A model generated the notes under the pieces. It ran no database searches. It was not told the DNA's origin and worked only from the letters and a program-made list of their open reading frames with translations. From a virus (taxonomy: Duplodnaviria; Caudoviricetes): a DNA stretch of 60,237 bases. Positions 34,895 through 44,491 of the stretch are shown here, piece after piece (position 1 is the first letter of the stretch; each line of letters opens with the position of its first letter). The position numbers and the translations under genes are program-made. The stretch lies in IMG/VR virus record IMGVR_UViG_3300045110_000134, positions 1-60,237 of that record. The stretch is one strand, 5' to 3'.

Positions 34895-35274
34895 TGAACA
34901 TCGAACAAGTGGCCCGTATCGCGCACGAAACCAACCGCGCTTACTGCGCCTCGATCGGGGACTACAGCCAACCCTTGTGGGAGGACGCTCCGGAGTGGCA
35001 GAAGAGCTCCGCGCTCAAGGGAGTCAATTTCCATCTCGACATTCTGGAGAAGGGCTCTCTTCCTTCGCCGGCAGCGAGCCATGAGTCCTGGCTGCGAGAG
35101 AAGAAGGCGCAGGGTTGGAAGTACGGCAAGGAAAAAAATCCAGAGAAGAAAGAGCATCCCTGCTGCGTTCCCTACGATGAGCTCCCACCAGAGCAGCGCA
35201 TGAAGGATTTTCTGTTCTTAGCCATTGTTGAGGCGTTTTACGCAGCAGAAGCCAAGACCACGGTGGTGCGCTGA
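34894..35274 (+). CDS. RyR-domain protein
   Basis: ASHESWLREKKAQGWKYG..K....KEHPCCVPYDELPPEQRMKD. Confidence 0.85.
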   Translation: MNIEQVARIAHETNRAYCASIGDYSQPLWEDAPEWQKSSALKGVNFHLDILEKGSLPSPAASHESWLREKKAQGWKYGKEKNPEKKEHPCCVPYDELPPEQRMKDFLFLAIVEAFYAAEAKTTVVR

Positions 35275-35654
35275 TGGCAGAACGCATCCTCCCCGAAAAC
35301 TTGAGCGGCCGTGAAATCAGGATCGCGGTAGCCGACCAGATCGCGGAACAGTTGGCTCGCGACGGATACCTGAACGAGACGCATTCCTACAGCCACTACA
35401 CCGTCAAGGCAACCGTCCACATCGAGTGCTTCGATCTGGGCACGGCTTACAAGGTGGATATGCCCGTGTCCGCGGCGCCGGTTGTGGATGAAGAGAACGC
35501 AGCCCTGGACGAGTTCGATATGCAGTTGAATGAGGAAGCCAAAGACCCCAACACGGTGCGCGAGGAGACGGGACAACCCTTACACGCGCTCACCAAGGAT
35601 GCGGACGGCAACCCGGAAATCAAGAGCGTTAAGTATCCGCGTAGGAAGAGATGA
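35274..35654 (+). CDS. Hypothetical protein
   Basis: Coupled at both ends. Confidence 0.7.
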   Translation: MAERILPENLSGREIRIAVADQIAEQLARDGYLNETHSYSHYTVKATVHIECFDLGTAYKVDMPVSAAPVVDEENAALDEFDMQLNEEAKDPNTVREETGQPLHALTKDADGNPEIKSVKYPRRKR

Positions 35655-35983
35655 GCACAGACCTCATCGAATCCTTCGACCGCGATACCCGCGCCATGGA
35701 GCGGTTAGCCACTGCCTTTGAAGCGATTGCATTAACTTTGGCACAGTTCTACGACAAGATGTATCCTCCGAAGCATGAACCCCGCGACGTCACCCTTACG
35801 AGAATCCCGACCGAAGAAGACAAAATCCGGGAAGCGCAAGGGAGCACGCAAGAGACAACTGACCAATGGCTTGATATTGGCCCAAGGGAACGAGCCCTGC
35901 TTGAAAATCCCCCAGCCAAGAAAACCCGAAGGGCGCCCCGGAGAGTCACGCCAGCAGGCAGCGTTAGTCCGATTAAAAGTTAG
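35651..35983 (+). CDS. Hypothetical protein
   Basis: ATGA coupling; AMERLATAFEAIA coil. Confidence 0.6.
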   Translation: MSTDLIESFDRDTRAMERLATAFEAIALTLAQFYDKMYPPKHEPRDVTLTRIPTEEDKIREAQGSTQETTDQWLDIGPRERALLENPPAKKTRRAPRRVTPAGSVSPIKS

Positions 35984-36539
35984 CCCGCAAGAACTCGCGG
36001 AAGTTCGCGACATCACTACAGTCTTGAAGGGTATCCCGCACTGGCGCAAGACGGCACTTGAAGCTATGCGCTTTTCCGAGAATCCTATCGTGCGGAAGTT
36101 TCTCGCTCGCTACAACCAGGTTCCCGTGGGCGACCAGAAGCATCTCCCCTTTGAAGCAATCGCGCTCGCAGCCGACATCGAGCCGGCGTACCTGCTGGGC
36201 GAGATCCTGCTGGCCATGAGCGAACTAAGCCATGCCTCGGTTAAGGTTATCGGCATCAATCGCCATCCCGAAGTGATGAAGAAGACGGTTGAGCGAGCGC
36301 TGAAAGATGAGGGCTTCCGCGAACGCGAACTGGTACACAGTATGCTGGGTGCGCTCCCACAGAAGGGTGGGTCCATCTTTATCGGGAAATACTTTGGCGG
36401 CAAGGGTGATCCGGAGGAGCCGGCAGAGACGGCGCCCACAAAGTTTGAAGACGATCTGGACGTGATCTTCCCCGACGTATCGTTGATGCAGGAGCGGGTG
36501 CAACCTCTGCGGCAGAAACTTTTGGAGACGCGCAAGTGA
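35775..36539 (+). CDS. Probable terminase small subunit
   Basis: Position upstream of terL; HTH-like FEAIALAADIEP; start uncertain. Confidence 0.45.
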   Translation: MNPATSPLRESRPKKTKSGKRKGARKRQLTNGLILAQGNEPCLKIPQPRKPEGRPGESRQQAALVRLKVSPQELAEVRDITTVLKGIPHWRKTALEAMRFSENPIVRKFLARYNQVPVGDQKHLPFEAIALAADIEPAYLLGEILLAMSELSHASVKVIGINRHPEVMKKTVERALKDEGFRERELVHSMLGALPQKGGSIFIGKYFGGKGDPEEPAETAPTKFEDDLDVIFPDVSLMQERVQPLRQKLLETRK

Positions 36540-36712
36540 GAGACCCGACCACAATGACGCGGGAAGAAAGAGACGCGCTCCCGTGGGCTACCCCGGAGCA
36601 GGTGGAAGAAGTTGCTAAACTGATGATGTCATGGCGACCTGAACAGTTAGACGACCTCAAGCAGCGCATGGCCACGCTCCGCGCCGAAGGCAAATGTACT
36701 CCGAAAAAATAA
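36536..36712 (+). CDS. 58-aa hypothetical protein
   Basis: GTGA coupling; fills the gap before terL. Confidence 0.45.
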   Translation: MRDPTTMTREERDALPWATPEQVEEVAKLMMSWRPEQLDDLKQRMATLRAEGKCTPKK

Positions 36713-38832
36713 TCATCCAGAACCTCGAACTGTTCGCAGCCCGCGAACGCTGGATGCCGGTCTACCACTCCATTGAAGAAATCGAGCAGTTCAAGGTCTA
36801 CGTCAATTCCATCATTCACCACGACAATAAGGGCCGCAACAATTACTACGACCTGAAAAAGGAAATCTCCGCCAATCGCGCCAAGGAAATCCGGCGCTGG
36901 GTAGAGAACGAGCAAGTGCTCTGCATGTTCGACTCGGCCTACTTTGAGTCACGCTACGCTTGGGTATGCGATGAAAAAGGCGACATCTACAAGTTCAAAA
37001 ACAGGAAGTCGCAAGAAGTCTATGACAACGTGCTCGCGGACTTTGACGAACAACAGGTCTCAATCGAGTTACTCATCCTTAAAGCGCGGCAGTTGGGAGT
37101 TACCACCAAAACGGCGCTGAAGTTTCTCCACCGCATGTTGTTTCTCCCTCACACCCAGGCAGTCATGGGCTCGGTGAATGACGAGAAATCAGAACTCATT
37201 ACGCGCATCATCGAAACCTGCATTGAGCGGCTTCCCTGGTGGCTGATTCCGGAGAGGACCACTGACCGCATTAAGATGATAGGATTCATCAACGGCTCAA
37301 TTCTATCCGTGCAGTCCGGTCACCAGGCTACAGGTATCGCGCAAGGCTGGACTCCGACCTGCGTACACGTCTCCGAAATTGGAGACATCCCCAACCCTAA
37401 GAAGACGATCGAGGAAGGACTACTGCGTGCCACTCACTCTTCACGAAAGCTTTACATGGTCCTTGAAGGGACAGGAAATGGAAACACCGGCTGGCAGGCC
37501 GACAAGTGGCGGTCCAGTAAAGCTGGTTGGCCCTTGGGGAAGTCTCGTTTTTTCCCGTTCTTCATCAACTGGCCAATGGCTCCTGATTTGTACCCTGAGC
37601 CCGACTGGTTACGAAAGTATCCCGTCCCGGCTGGATTCAAGCCTCTGGAAGCCACAAGGAAGCACGTCCTACGTTGCGAACTATTCATACGCAACACTCC
37701 TTACCTTGCGAAAGTTGTTGGACGAGATTGGCGAATGCCCATCGAGCAGCAGTGGTTCTGGCAGTTCAACTACCTCGAACACGTAGAGACCCACACCCAG
37801 AAAGTCTGGTTCGCGCAGATGCCTGCGGACGACTACGAAGCCCTGCAAGGGGCAAACGACCTGGTGTTTGACACCATCGTGATTGACACCCTGAGAAAAG
37901 AGCGGCCGAAGACCTACACCGCTTACGCCATCACCGGAGACTCGATTGATGACGGCTTCGAGCCCTTGGAGAGCGAAATCGACTACAACAAGGAGCGCAT
38001 CCGTGTCTCCTGGCACTCGCACCGCAACCAGCGATTCGAGTGGCTGATGATTCCCCTACTACCCTTTGACGAAGAGGACGAACGCAAGGCGCTCGACAAG
38101 GTACTGATCTTTGAGGAACCCAATGCGCGGCCGGGACACATCGGTGAATTAGAAGACTACTCAATGGGAATCGACACGGCAGACGGTCTGGGGAACGAAG
38201 ACGAGGACGCGACGGTAATTTCCGGGACCAGGAACATGAAAGGCGAGCAGTGCGATGAGCAGGTATTCGAGCTCGCGTCCAAACGCATGAACGCTCCCCA
38301 GGCGGTCGGCTTCGCAGCGTGCCTTGCAGCTTGGTACGGAATGCGGACCATCGACCAGCGCGGCGTGAAGTTGGCCATTGAGCAGCGCGAGCGTCCCGGC
38401 GACGATTGCCAGTTGCAGTTGAAGCTGATGGGATTCAATTACCACCACGTTGACATCCCTTACGACTCGAAAATTATCAAAGAGAACCGCGGCAACAAAG
38501 AGGGTATCTACATGCGGCCCTGGACCCGCGGGCAAATCATCACGCGCTTTCTCGACGCAGTGAAAGACGGATGGTACAAGGCGAAATCCCCGCTGTTGAT
38601 TGAAGAGTTGGCCTCCCTCGAGCGCAAACTTAAAAAAGGGAAGTCGCGAGTGGAGCACCAGGCGGGCAAGCACGATGACCGGGTTCTCGCGGCGGCGCAC
38701 TCCTACTGGACTCGGCACCACTTAGACGATTTATCCACGCGCTCGACCCGGCGCTATTCTCCTCCCACGCAGAAACTTCCGGATATCGATAGGTCATTTG
38801 CTACAATCGCGCAGATGTCAGTAGGTGACTAA
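36694..38832 (+). CDS. terL: Terminase large subunit
   Basis: Walker A ILKARQLGVTT, Walker B VHVSE, VLEGTGNG coupling motif, nuclease MGIDTADG and HDDRV. Confidence 0.92.
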   Translation: MYSEKIIIQNLELFAARERWMPVYHSIEEIEQFKVYVNSIIHHDNKGRNNYYDLKKEISANRAKEIRRWVENEQVLCMFDSAYFESRYAWVCDEKGDIYKFKNRKSQEVYDNVLADFDEQQVSIELLILKARQLGVTTKTALKFLHRMLFLPHTQAVMGSVNDEKSELITRIIETCIERLPWWLIPERTTDRIKMIGFINGSILSVQSGHQATGIAQGWTPTCVHVSEIGDIPNPKKTIEEGLLRATHSSRKLYMVLEGTGNGNTGWQADKWRSSKAGWPLGKSRFFPFFINWPMAPDLYPEPDWLRKYPVPAGFKPLEATRKHVLRCELFIRNTPYLAKVVGRDWRMPIEQQWFWQFNYLEHVETHTQKVWFAQMPADDYEALQGANDLVFDTIVIDTLRKERPKTYTAYAITGDSIDDGFEPLESEIDYNKERIRVSWHSHRNQRFEWLMIPLLPFDEEDERKALDKVLIFEEPNARPGHIGELEDYSMGIDTADGLGNEDEDATVISGTRNMKGEQCDEQVFELASKRMNAPQAVGFAACLAAWYGMRTIDQRGVKLAIEQRERPGDDCQLQLKLMGFNYHHVDIPYDSKIIKENRGNKEGIYMRPWTRGQIITRFLDAVKDGWYKAKSPLLIEELASLERKLKKGKSRVEHQAGKHDDRVLAAAHSYWTRHHLDDLSTRSTRRYSPPTQKLPDIDRSFATIAQMSVGD

Positions 38833-39257
38833 TGCCTTCAGGACTGATTCTCCCGCGACACCTTGTACAGATGGAAAAGCCGGTGGTCTTTTGGCATAGT
38901 CCAAAGTTAGACCACATCATGCTCCCGGCCTCGCCCATAGCCCCTCCCCCCACGGGCTACCAGCGCATCGAATGTCGCCACGCGCACGAAGTAGATACCT
39001 GGAGCGGGCGCTTGCGAGCCCAGGAAAAGCGCTATTTTGAGATGACCGACCTGGAACGCTTTGAGTATGAAGGCAAGATCCAGTCGCACATCATCGAAGA
39101 GATGGAAAAGTGCCTTGCGAACTCGAACGACTCGCGCAACAAGCAGTTCATGGAGTGGTTCATTAAAAAAGCCAAAGCGCAGCGCGACTCCCGGCGACCG
39201 CCGAAGGCTCCCGAAACACACATGGCGTGTGAGGCAGAGGACGGAGTAGCCAGTTGA
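38832..39257 (+). CDS. Hypothetical protein
   Basis: TAATG coupling to terL. Confidence 0.7.
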   Translation: MPSGLILPRHLVQMEKPVVFWHSPKLDHIMLPASPIAPPPTGYQRIECRHAHEVDTWSGRLRAQEKRYFEMTDLERFEYEGKIQSHIIEEMEKCLANSNDSRNKQFMEWFIKKAKAQRDSRRPPKAPETHMACEAEDGVAS

Positions 39258-39409
39258 AAGTCCATATTGATTACGATTACGAGCAAAACAAGCCGATTGT
39301 CTGCTTAGAACCGGAAAACGAGGCGGAGACCCTGGAGCTAGAATTGGTGGCCAGTTTCGATACTGCCAGTTTCCGTATAATTTTGGACGAGGCAGAGGTC
39401 TCCTCTTGA
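39254..39409 (+). CDS. 51-aa acidic protein
   Basis: TTGA coupling at both ends. Confidence 0.4.
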   Translation: MKVHIDYDYEQNKPIVCLEPENEAETLELELVASFDTASFRIILDEAEVSS

Positions 39410-41499
39410 GCACGCAAGTCATCATGCGGCCGGTGGCGGAATCGAAACGCGTCGGCATGTCGGACTGGCAGTGCCCGCCGTTCTGGGACAAGCACCGCAT
39501 TGTCCCGTGGGTGGACGAGCAGATCGAAGAAGGCGAAGGCTGGCTTGAAAGCCAGATGGCGTATCAGCAGTTAGGAAAGAACCTCCGCATCTTCGACGCT
39601 GTTTTCGAGGATAAAACCAAGTCCACCCTCCTTTCTAACGGGCTGAAGTACGACATCCGAAAGTTCGTTGAGACTATCTCCGAAGTTGAAGAAATTGGCA
39701 CCTACGGCTCCGATGCCGTGCAGTACAAGTCCTACGCCACGATCGAAAACAAACTAGCCAAGGCCATCTATCAGGAATCTTTCTTCCCTGGCCAGATTCG
39801 CAAGGTGTTGCAGTACGCAACCGTTATGGGGCGCGGGTATCTCTGGCCTAAGTGCCGCTCTGGAAACTACGGTTACGGGGAACGCAAGATTGAGTTTGAG
39901 CCGCTGGGTCCGATCGACCTGGTGCCGGTGCAGATTCCGGATACCAATGATGTGCAAGGCGCCTACGCGAACACGGCGTACAAGTACATGCCGATCGCGG
40001 AAGCCCACGCACGCTTCCCGCTGTTTCAGTCGCAGTTAGTTCCCGTCTCAACCCAGAGTTATCGCTCTCGCGTGCAGGCGCGGAGAGTGGACTACACGGA
40101 GAAAATCCGCGGAGGACCGCAAGCTCGCAACTGGGGCAACCTTTACTGCGAAATCCGCTATACCTTCGTCCGGGATATTTCTCCCAACCGTACCAAATAC
40201 GTTCTGCCGATGGGAGACATTGGGAGCACCTGGTTCTACAAGGTTCCTTACTTGGGCATGCAAATTCCCGCAGGGATACGCGCCGGCCAGATGACCACGC
40301 GGGAGGCGACGGTTGAAGATTGCCTCATCTATCCCTACCTGAGACTCATCATCACCAGTCGTGGAATCAAGATGCCGCTCTACGATGGACCGGCTTTTGA
40401 CTGGCATGGCGAGATGCCGTTTGTGCAGTACGACGTGGATGACTGGGCCTGGGAAGGGATGGGGCGCTCGCTGGTGCAGGATGTGGGCTCCGTCGAAACT
40501 ACCAAGCGCAAAATTGAGCGCAAGATGGATCAGGTCATCACGACCACACTCAATCCGCCTCTCGGCTACGATCGCAACGCGGTGCAAGGCCCAAAGATTG
40601 AAAACTTCGATATTTTCGAGCAGGACATGCGGGCCGGCATGGATGGGGAGCCGAAGAAGACCCTGCAATCACTCCTGCCGGAAGAGGTCCGCGTAGAAGA
40701 AATTCACTTCCGCTTTATCGAGTACCTGGCGAACATGCGAAAAGAGCAGTTGGGCATCAACGACATCGGCAACCTGGCGAACATGAAGCTCAACCTGCAG
40801 GGCGAGAGTCTGGAAAAAGCACTGGAACCTGTAGGACCGATCGCCAAAGGCATCGCAAGCGGCATGGAGCGCTCCAACGCAAAGATTGCCTACATGCTGA
40901 AATTTATGATTCCGCAGTATTACAACACTGCGCGAATCATTCAGTACATTGGACCCGACAACATCACCCAGCAGGTGCTCGACTACGATCCTACTTCCCT
41001 GATTCCGGGACACATGCCGGATGAGTACGTGAACGGCGACGTTCCGATGGAAGGTGAAGGGGAAAACATCCGCATCAAGAAGTCGCAGTACGACCAGGTA
41101 GCGCGAGCTCGCTGGTTCGCCAAGAACATCCGGTTGATTTCCGTTCCCAATACCTTGCTGAAGATTACGGCCATGCAGGAGCAACTAAAGTGGCTGTCGC
41201 TGAAAAAGCAAGGCGCTCCGATCGCGTGGGCTACCGTGCTGCAAAAAGTTGGAATGGACAATTACGGAGAAGTGAAAGGGAACACGGAGCGCGAGAAGTA
41301 CATCAACGAACAAATTGAGGACTTGAAGCTGCAGGCGGAAGCGGCGCAGTACATGATGGCGCTCGGACTCGAACCGCAAGGCGGAGGTCCGGGACAAGGT
41401 AAGGGTGGTGGCCGTCCTAACTCGAACAAGAAGCCGGCCAAGGCCGCGCAAAAAGGTGGAGCAGGCGGCGAGCCTCGCACCACGGTAAAAACCTCATAG
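39406..41499 (+). CDS. Portal protein
   Basis: About 700 aa directly after terL; ATVMGRGY, GEMPFVQY...WEGMGRSLV; G/K-rich tail. Confidence 0.8.
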   Translation: MSTQVIMRPVAESKRVGMSDWQCPPFWDKHRIVPWVDEQIEEGEGWLESQMAYQQLGKNLRIFDAVFEDKTKSTLLSNGLKYDIRKFVETISEVEEIGTYGSDAVQYKSYATIENKLAKAIYQESFFPGQIRKVLQYATVMGRGYLWPKCRSGNYGYGERKIEFEPLGPIDLVPVQIPDTNDVQGAYANTAYKYMPIAEAHARFPLFQSQLVPVSTQSYRSRVQARRVDYTEKIRGGPQARNWGNLYCEIRYTFVRDISPNRTKYVLPMGDIGSTWFYKVPYLGMQIPAGIRAGQMTTREATVEDCLIYPYLRLIITSRGIKMPLYDGPAFDWHGEMPFVQYDVDDWAWEGMGRSLVQDVGSVETTKRKIERKMDQVITTTLNPPLGYDRNAVQGPKIENFDIFEQDMRAGMDGEPKKTLQSLLPEEVRVEEIHFRFIEYLANMRKEQLGINDIGNLANMKLNLQGESLEKALEPVGPIAKGIASGMERSNAKIAYMLKFMIPQYYNTARIIQYIGPDNITQQVLDYDPTSLIPGHMPDEYVNGDVPMEGEGENIRIKKSQYDQVARARWFAKNIRLISVPNTLLKITAMQEQLKWLSLKKQGAPIAWATVLQKVGMDNYGEVKGNTEREKYINEQIEDLKLQAEAAQYMMALGLEPQGGGPGQGKGGGRPNSNKKPAKAAQKGGAGGEPRTTVKTS

Positions 41500-41509
41500 G
41501 AGACTCACG

Positions 41510-41755
41510 ATGGACAATCAGGAAATTGAACTTGAAGGCGACTTGCAGGATTACATCGTGACCGAAACTGTCTTCAATTCTGGGAGCACGGTTTCCGACA
41601 TCGAAGCGTTCCTGAAAAAGCGCAAAACCACAGGAAAAATCATAGTGGAACGCAACATGTCGCAGGGCGGAAGTCAGACCATCAAGGTCATCGAGCGGAC
41701 TCGTCTCAAGGACGGAGAAGCGGAGAAAGTACGGTCGGTTCTCGGCTGGGAATAA
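41510..41755 (+). CDS. Hypothetical protein
   Basis: AGGAG RBS; TGKIIVERNMSQGG. Confidence 0.7.
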   Translation: MDNQEIELEGDLQDYIVTETVFNSGSTVSDIEAFLKKRKTTGKIIVERNMSQGGSQTIKVIERTRLKDGEAEKVRSVLGWE

Positions 41756-41764
41756 ATTATTTCT

Positions 41765-41794
41765 TTGACACGAGTACAGCGAACAGCGTATAGA
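41765..41794 (+). promoter_or_regulatory. Promoter of the head operon
   Basis: TTGACA 41765-70 and TATAGA 41789-94 (18-nt spacer); A/T-rich upstream. Confidence 0.55.
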
Positions 41795-41837
41795 CCTTAA
41801 CGAGAGAGATTCGATACACGCCTTCGGGATAGTGAAT

Positions 41838-41874
41838 CGGCTCAAGTCTGAAACGGCTTGAGCCGTTTTCCTTT
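41838..41874 (+). terminator. Intrinsic terminator/attenuator-like hairpin
   Basis: CGGCTCAAGT/GCTTGAGCCG stem followed by TTTTCCTTT. Confidence 0.6.
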
Positions 41875-41886
41875 CCAGGAGGCAAT

Positions 41887-41994
41887 ATGGCAAGACGCGG
41901 TAAGAAGCACACGAAGATTGTCAGTGGCCACAAGGGTCACATGGGCAAGAAACGTCATGGCCGGCGACACAAAGGTGGACGGCGTAAGCGCTAG
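41887..41994 (+). CDS. 35-aa protamine-like peptide (not in ORF track)
   Basis: AGGAGG RBS; MARRGKKHTKIVSGHKGHMGKKRHGRRHKGGRRKR. Confidence 0.7.
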   Translation: MARRGKKHTKIVSGHKGHMGKKRHGRRHKGGRRKR

Positions 41995-41996
41995 AA

Positions 41997-42257
41997 ATGG
42001 CAGCCGGCCCCACACCCGATCCAACCCAAGGTGGAGCACCATCCCCTGATGCCGGTGGTGGCGCTCCGTCCGGGGCTCCCGCCTCTCCCGAGATGATGAT
42101 GCTCTCCAAGCTGTACCAGGCTTGCCAAGGGCTCGCTCGGCAGAACCCGATCCTATCCGCAGGACTCACCAAAGCAGCCGAAGGCATTCAAGAAGCGCAG
42201 ACCGCGCTAGTTTCGCAACCGGCACCGCAGCCGGCCAGTTCAAATCCTCCTGTGTAA
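41997..42257 (+). CDS. Pro/Ala/Gly-rich head-region protein
   Basis: Located between the basic peptide and the scaffold gene. Confidence 0.7.
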   Translation: MAAGPTPDPTQGGAPSPDAGGGAPSGAPASPEMMMLSKLYQACQGLARQNPILSAGLTKAAEGIQEAQTALVSQPAPQPASSNPPV

Positions 42258-42267
42258 AGAAGGCACC

Positions 42268-43092
42268 ATGAAAACAGTTGCCGAGATTCTGAAAGAGACC
42301 GGATTGACCGATGAGCAAATCGCAGCTATCGACGCGAAAGCATTGACCGGGTTTACCACCATCCTTTCCACCGCAGAGCAGGCCAGAGAAAAAGCGGAAC
42401 TCGCGCAACGTGCTACCAGCGAAAAGTTTGAGACCGAAATCAACCCCGCGCTCAATCAGTGGGCGAATGAGAAGGGTGCCTACGAAACCAAGTTCGCTGC
42501 ATATAAGGCGGCGCTGAAGGCAGCAGAAGAGGGCGGCTACACCATTCCGCCAATGCTCAAGGAAGCGACCGTAACCCCGACTCCGGCACGCGCCGAAGAT
42601 GGAAAGTTTGTCGCCGGTTCCACCGGCAGCCCGGAATTTGTGGGCAAGTTGAAAGACGAAATCGGGAGCGCCTTCGGCTTCGTGGCCGATGTGACCTGGA
42701 AGTACCGCACCCTGTACGGCGCCGAGATGCCGGATTCTCCCACCGCAATCATTCGCGAAGCGACCGCGCAGCGCATGAATCCCGCGGACTACGCAGCCAA
42801 GAAATACGACTTTGCCGGCAAGGAAGCTGCAAAGCGGGCTGCGGACCAGAAGGCGCACGATGACGCTATCCGCAAAGAAGTGGAAGAGAAGAAGGACCGC
42901 GAGTGGTCGGAGAAGATGAGCAGCAACCCCGATTTGCGCCGCGGAGAAATCTCCGGATTCTCGCAACTCTCCAAGGCGGTAGATGCCAAAGAGCGGCCGA
43001 ATCCGTTGGGTATGACTCGCGAGGAGCGGCACAGAGCGACTTCGCAGGCGATTCAAAAAGACATTGCGGCTAACGCCGAAGCAGTTCATTAA
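42268..43092 (+). CDS. Capsid scaffolding protein
   Basis: Helical, charged, directly upstream of the capsid gene; RAEDGKFV motif. Confidence 0.7.
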   Translation: MKTVAEILKETGLTDEQIAAIDAKALTGFTTILSTAEQAREKAELAQRATSEKFETEINPALNQWANEKGAYETKFAAYKAALKAAEEGGYTIPPMLKEATVTPTPARAEDGKFVAGSTGSPEFVGKLKDEIGSAFGFVADVTWKYRTLYGAEMPDSPTAIIREATAQRMNPADYAAKKYDFAGKEAAKRAADQKAHDDAIRKEVEEKKDREWSEKMSSNPDLRRGEISGFSQLSKAVDAKERPNPLGMTREERHRATSQAIQKDIAANAEAVH

Positions 43093-43107
43093 ACGGGAGA
43101 GGGACCA

Positions 43108-44430
43108 ATGCTAATAAAATTCCTACTGTTAACGCTGGCGAGGTTGTTCCAACTGAATTTCGCGTTCCTTACGGACCCGCTCTATTCAGAAATTGATGCG
43201 ACCAACCTGGAAAGCGTTCGCAAGAACGTGGTGTTCGACAATCTCTTTGTGGACACTCCGTTTCAGGCCAAGTTGCGGAAGTCCGGCGTCCTCGATCCCT
43301 TCCTGGGTGGTTCTGGGATGTTTGAGGGATTCATCTACGGGCGCGTGCAGGGTTCGGCCCTGGCTCCCGGTTCGACTGTCACGGTGACTCGCCAGCAGAC
43401 CAACACGGGCATGAAGTTTCTCCCTAAAGCCTATGCGACCTGGGTTCCCTTGGACGACTGGGAACTGGATGACGGCAGCGGTACGGGCGGAGTGGTTAAC
43501 TCCGGTCCCGCCATGATCGCGAATCAGTACCAAATCCTCATGGAAAACATGACGATGACGATGAATACCATGATCGAGATGGACTCGTTCCGTCACGGTC
43601 AGCCAGCAGGGACGGGTGTTTCGGACAACCGCTCGCTCAACACGAACGGCCTGGATGAAGGATTAAACAACGGAATCGACCCCTCCCCCTTTGGCAACAT
43701 CTACGGCACCTACGGTGGCGACACGCGCAACGGTGTCATCGGACCAGCGTTGAACTCGACCCCGCTCTGGCTCGGTGGAACTGTTGCCGGCGCTTCAACC
43801 TCTTCGCTTGCGACCAACGGCGCCGGACAGATTGACGTCAACGCTTTGACTCGCCTCTGGGCGCAGTGCGTGGTGACTGGCGGCAAGCCGGATATGGGCA
43901 TCACCAACGTGTTCGGGTTCACCGCAATCGTCAACGCTCTCGACGCGCAGCGGCGCAACACGAACATGCAAACGTTTGACATCGGGTACACCGGGGTAGC
44001 GTTCAACGGGATGGAACTCTATCCTGACCCGCTCGCACCTTCGGCCTTGGCACAGGATTTCCTGTCACTGGCTCCGACTGGCGGCAAGGCAGGGAACAAC
44101 AACCTGCAGGACGGCTCGGGCAGCAACACGACTACCTCGACCCTGGTTACTCCGCAGTATGTCAATGCGGCCGGAACGAACGTTTCCACGTCTCCGACCG
44201 GGAGTAACTTCCCCTCGAATGCGACTTGCACCGTAGGCGAAGTGCTCTACTTCCTGGAATCGGGTAGCTTCAAGCTCCGTCCGACTGACAAGAAGGGTTG
44301 GGACTTCGGACTCCGCAGGGCTCCGATGCCGAACAACGTTTCTATGGACGCACTCTTCATGCGCCTGGGAACCAATCTGTACAACGTCATGCCACGTCAC
44401 AACGCCGTGGCACTCGGATTCAGCGCGTAA
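43108..44430 (+). CDS. Major capsid protein with hydrophobic N-terminal extension
   Basis: Position after scaffold; VFDNLFVDTPF, PDMGIT, GYTGVAFNGMELYPD, NLYNVMPRHNA. Confidence 0.85.
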   Translation: MLIKFLLLTLARLFQLNFAFLTDPLYSEIDATNLESVRKNVVFDNLFVDTPFQAKLRKSGVLDPFLGGSGMFEGFIYGRVQGSALAPGSTVTVTRQQTNTGMKFLPKAYATWVPLDDWELDDGSGTGGVVNSGPAMIANQYQILMENMTMTMNTMIEMDSFRHGQPAGTGVSDNRSLNTNGLDEGLNNGIDPSPFGNIYGTYGGDTRNGVIGPALNSTPLWLGGTVAGASTSSLATNGAGQIDVNALTRLWAQCVVTGGKPDMGITNVFGFTAIVNALDAQRRNTNMQTFDIGYTGVAFNGMELYPDPLAPSALAQDFLSLAPTGGKAGNNNLQDGSGSNTTTSTLVTPQYVNAAGTNVSTSPTGSNFPSNATCTVGEVLYFLESGSFKLRPTDKKGWDFGLRRAPMPNNVSMDALFMRLGTNLYNVMPRHNAVALGFSA

Positions 44431-44491
44431 TGGTGTAGTAACGCAGTAAAAACTAGCGGCACAGGCGTACTCGACGCCGGGAGAATAAAGC

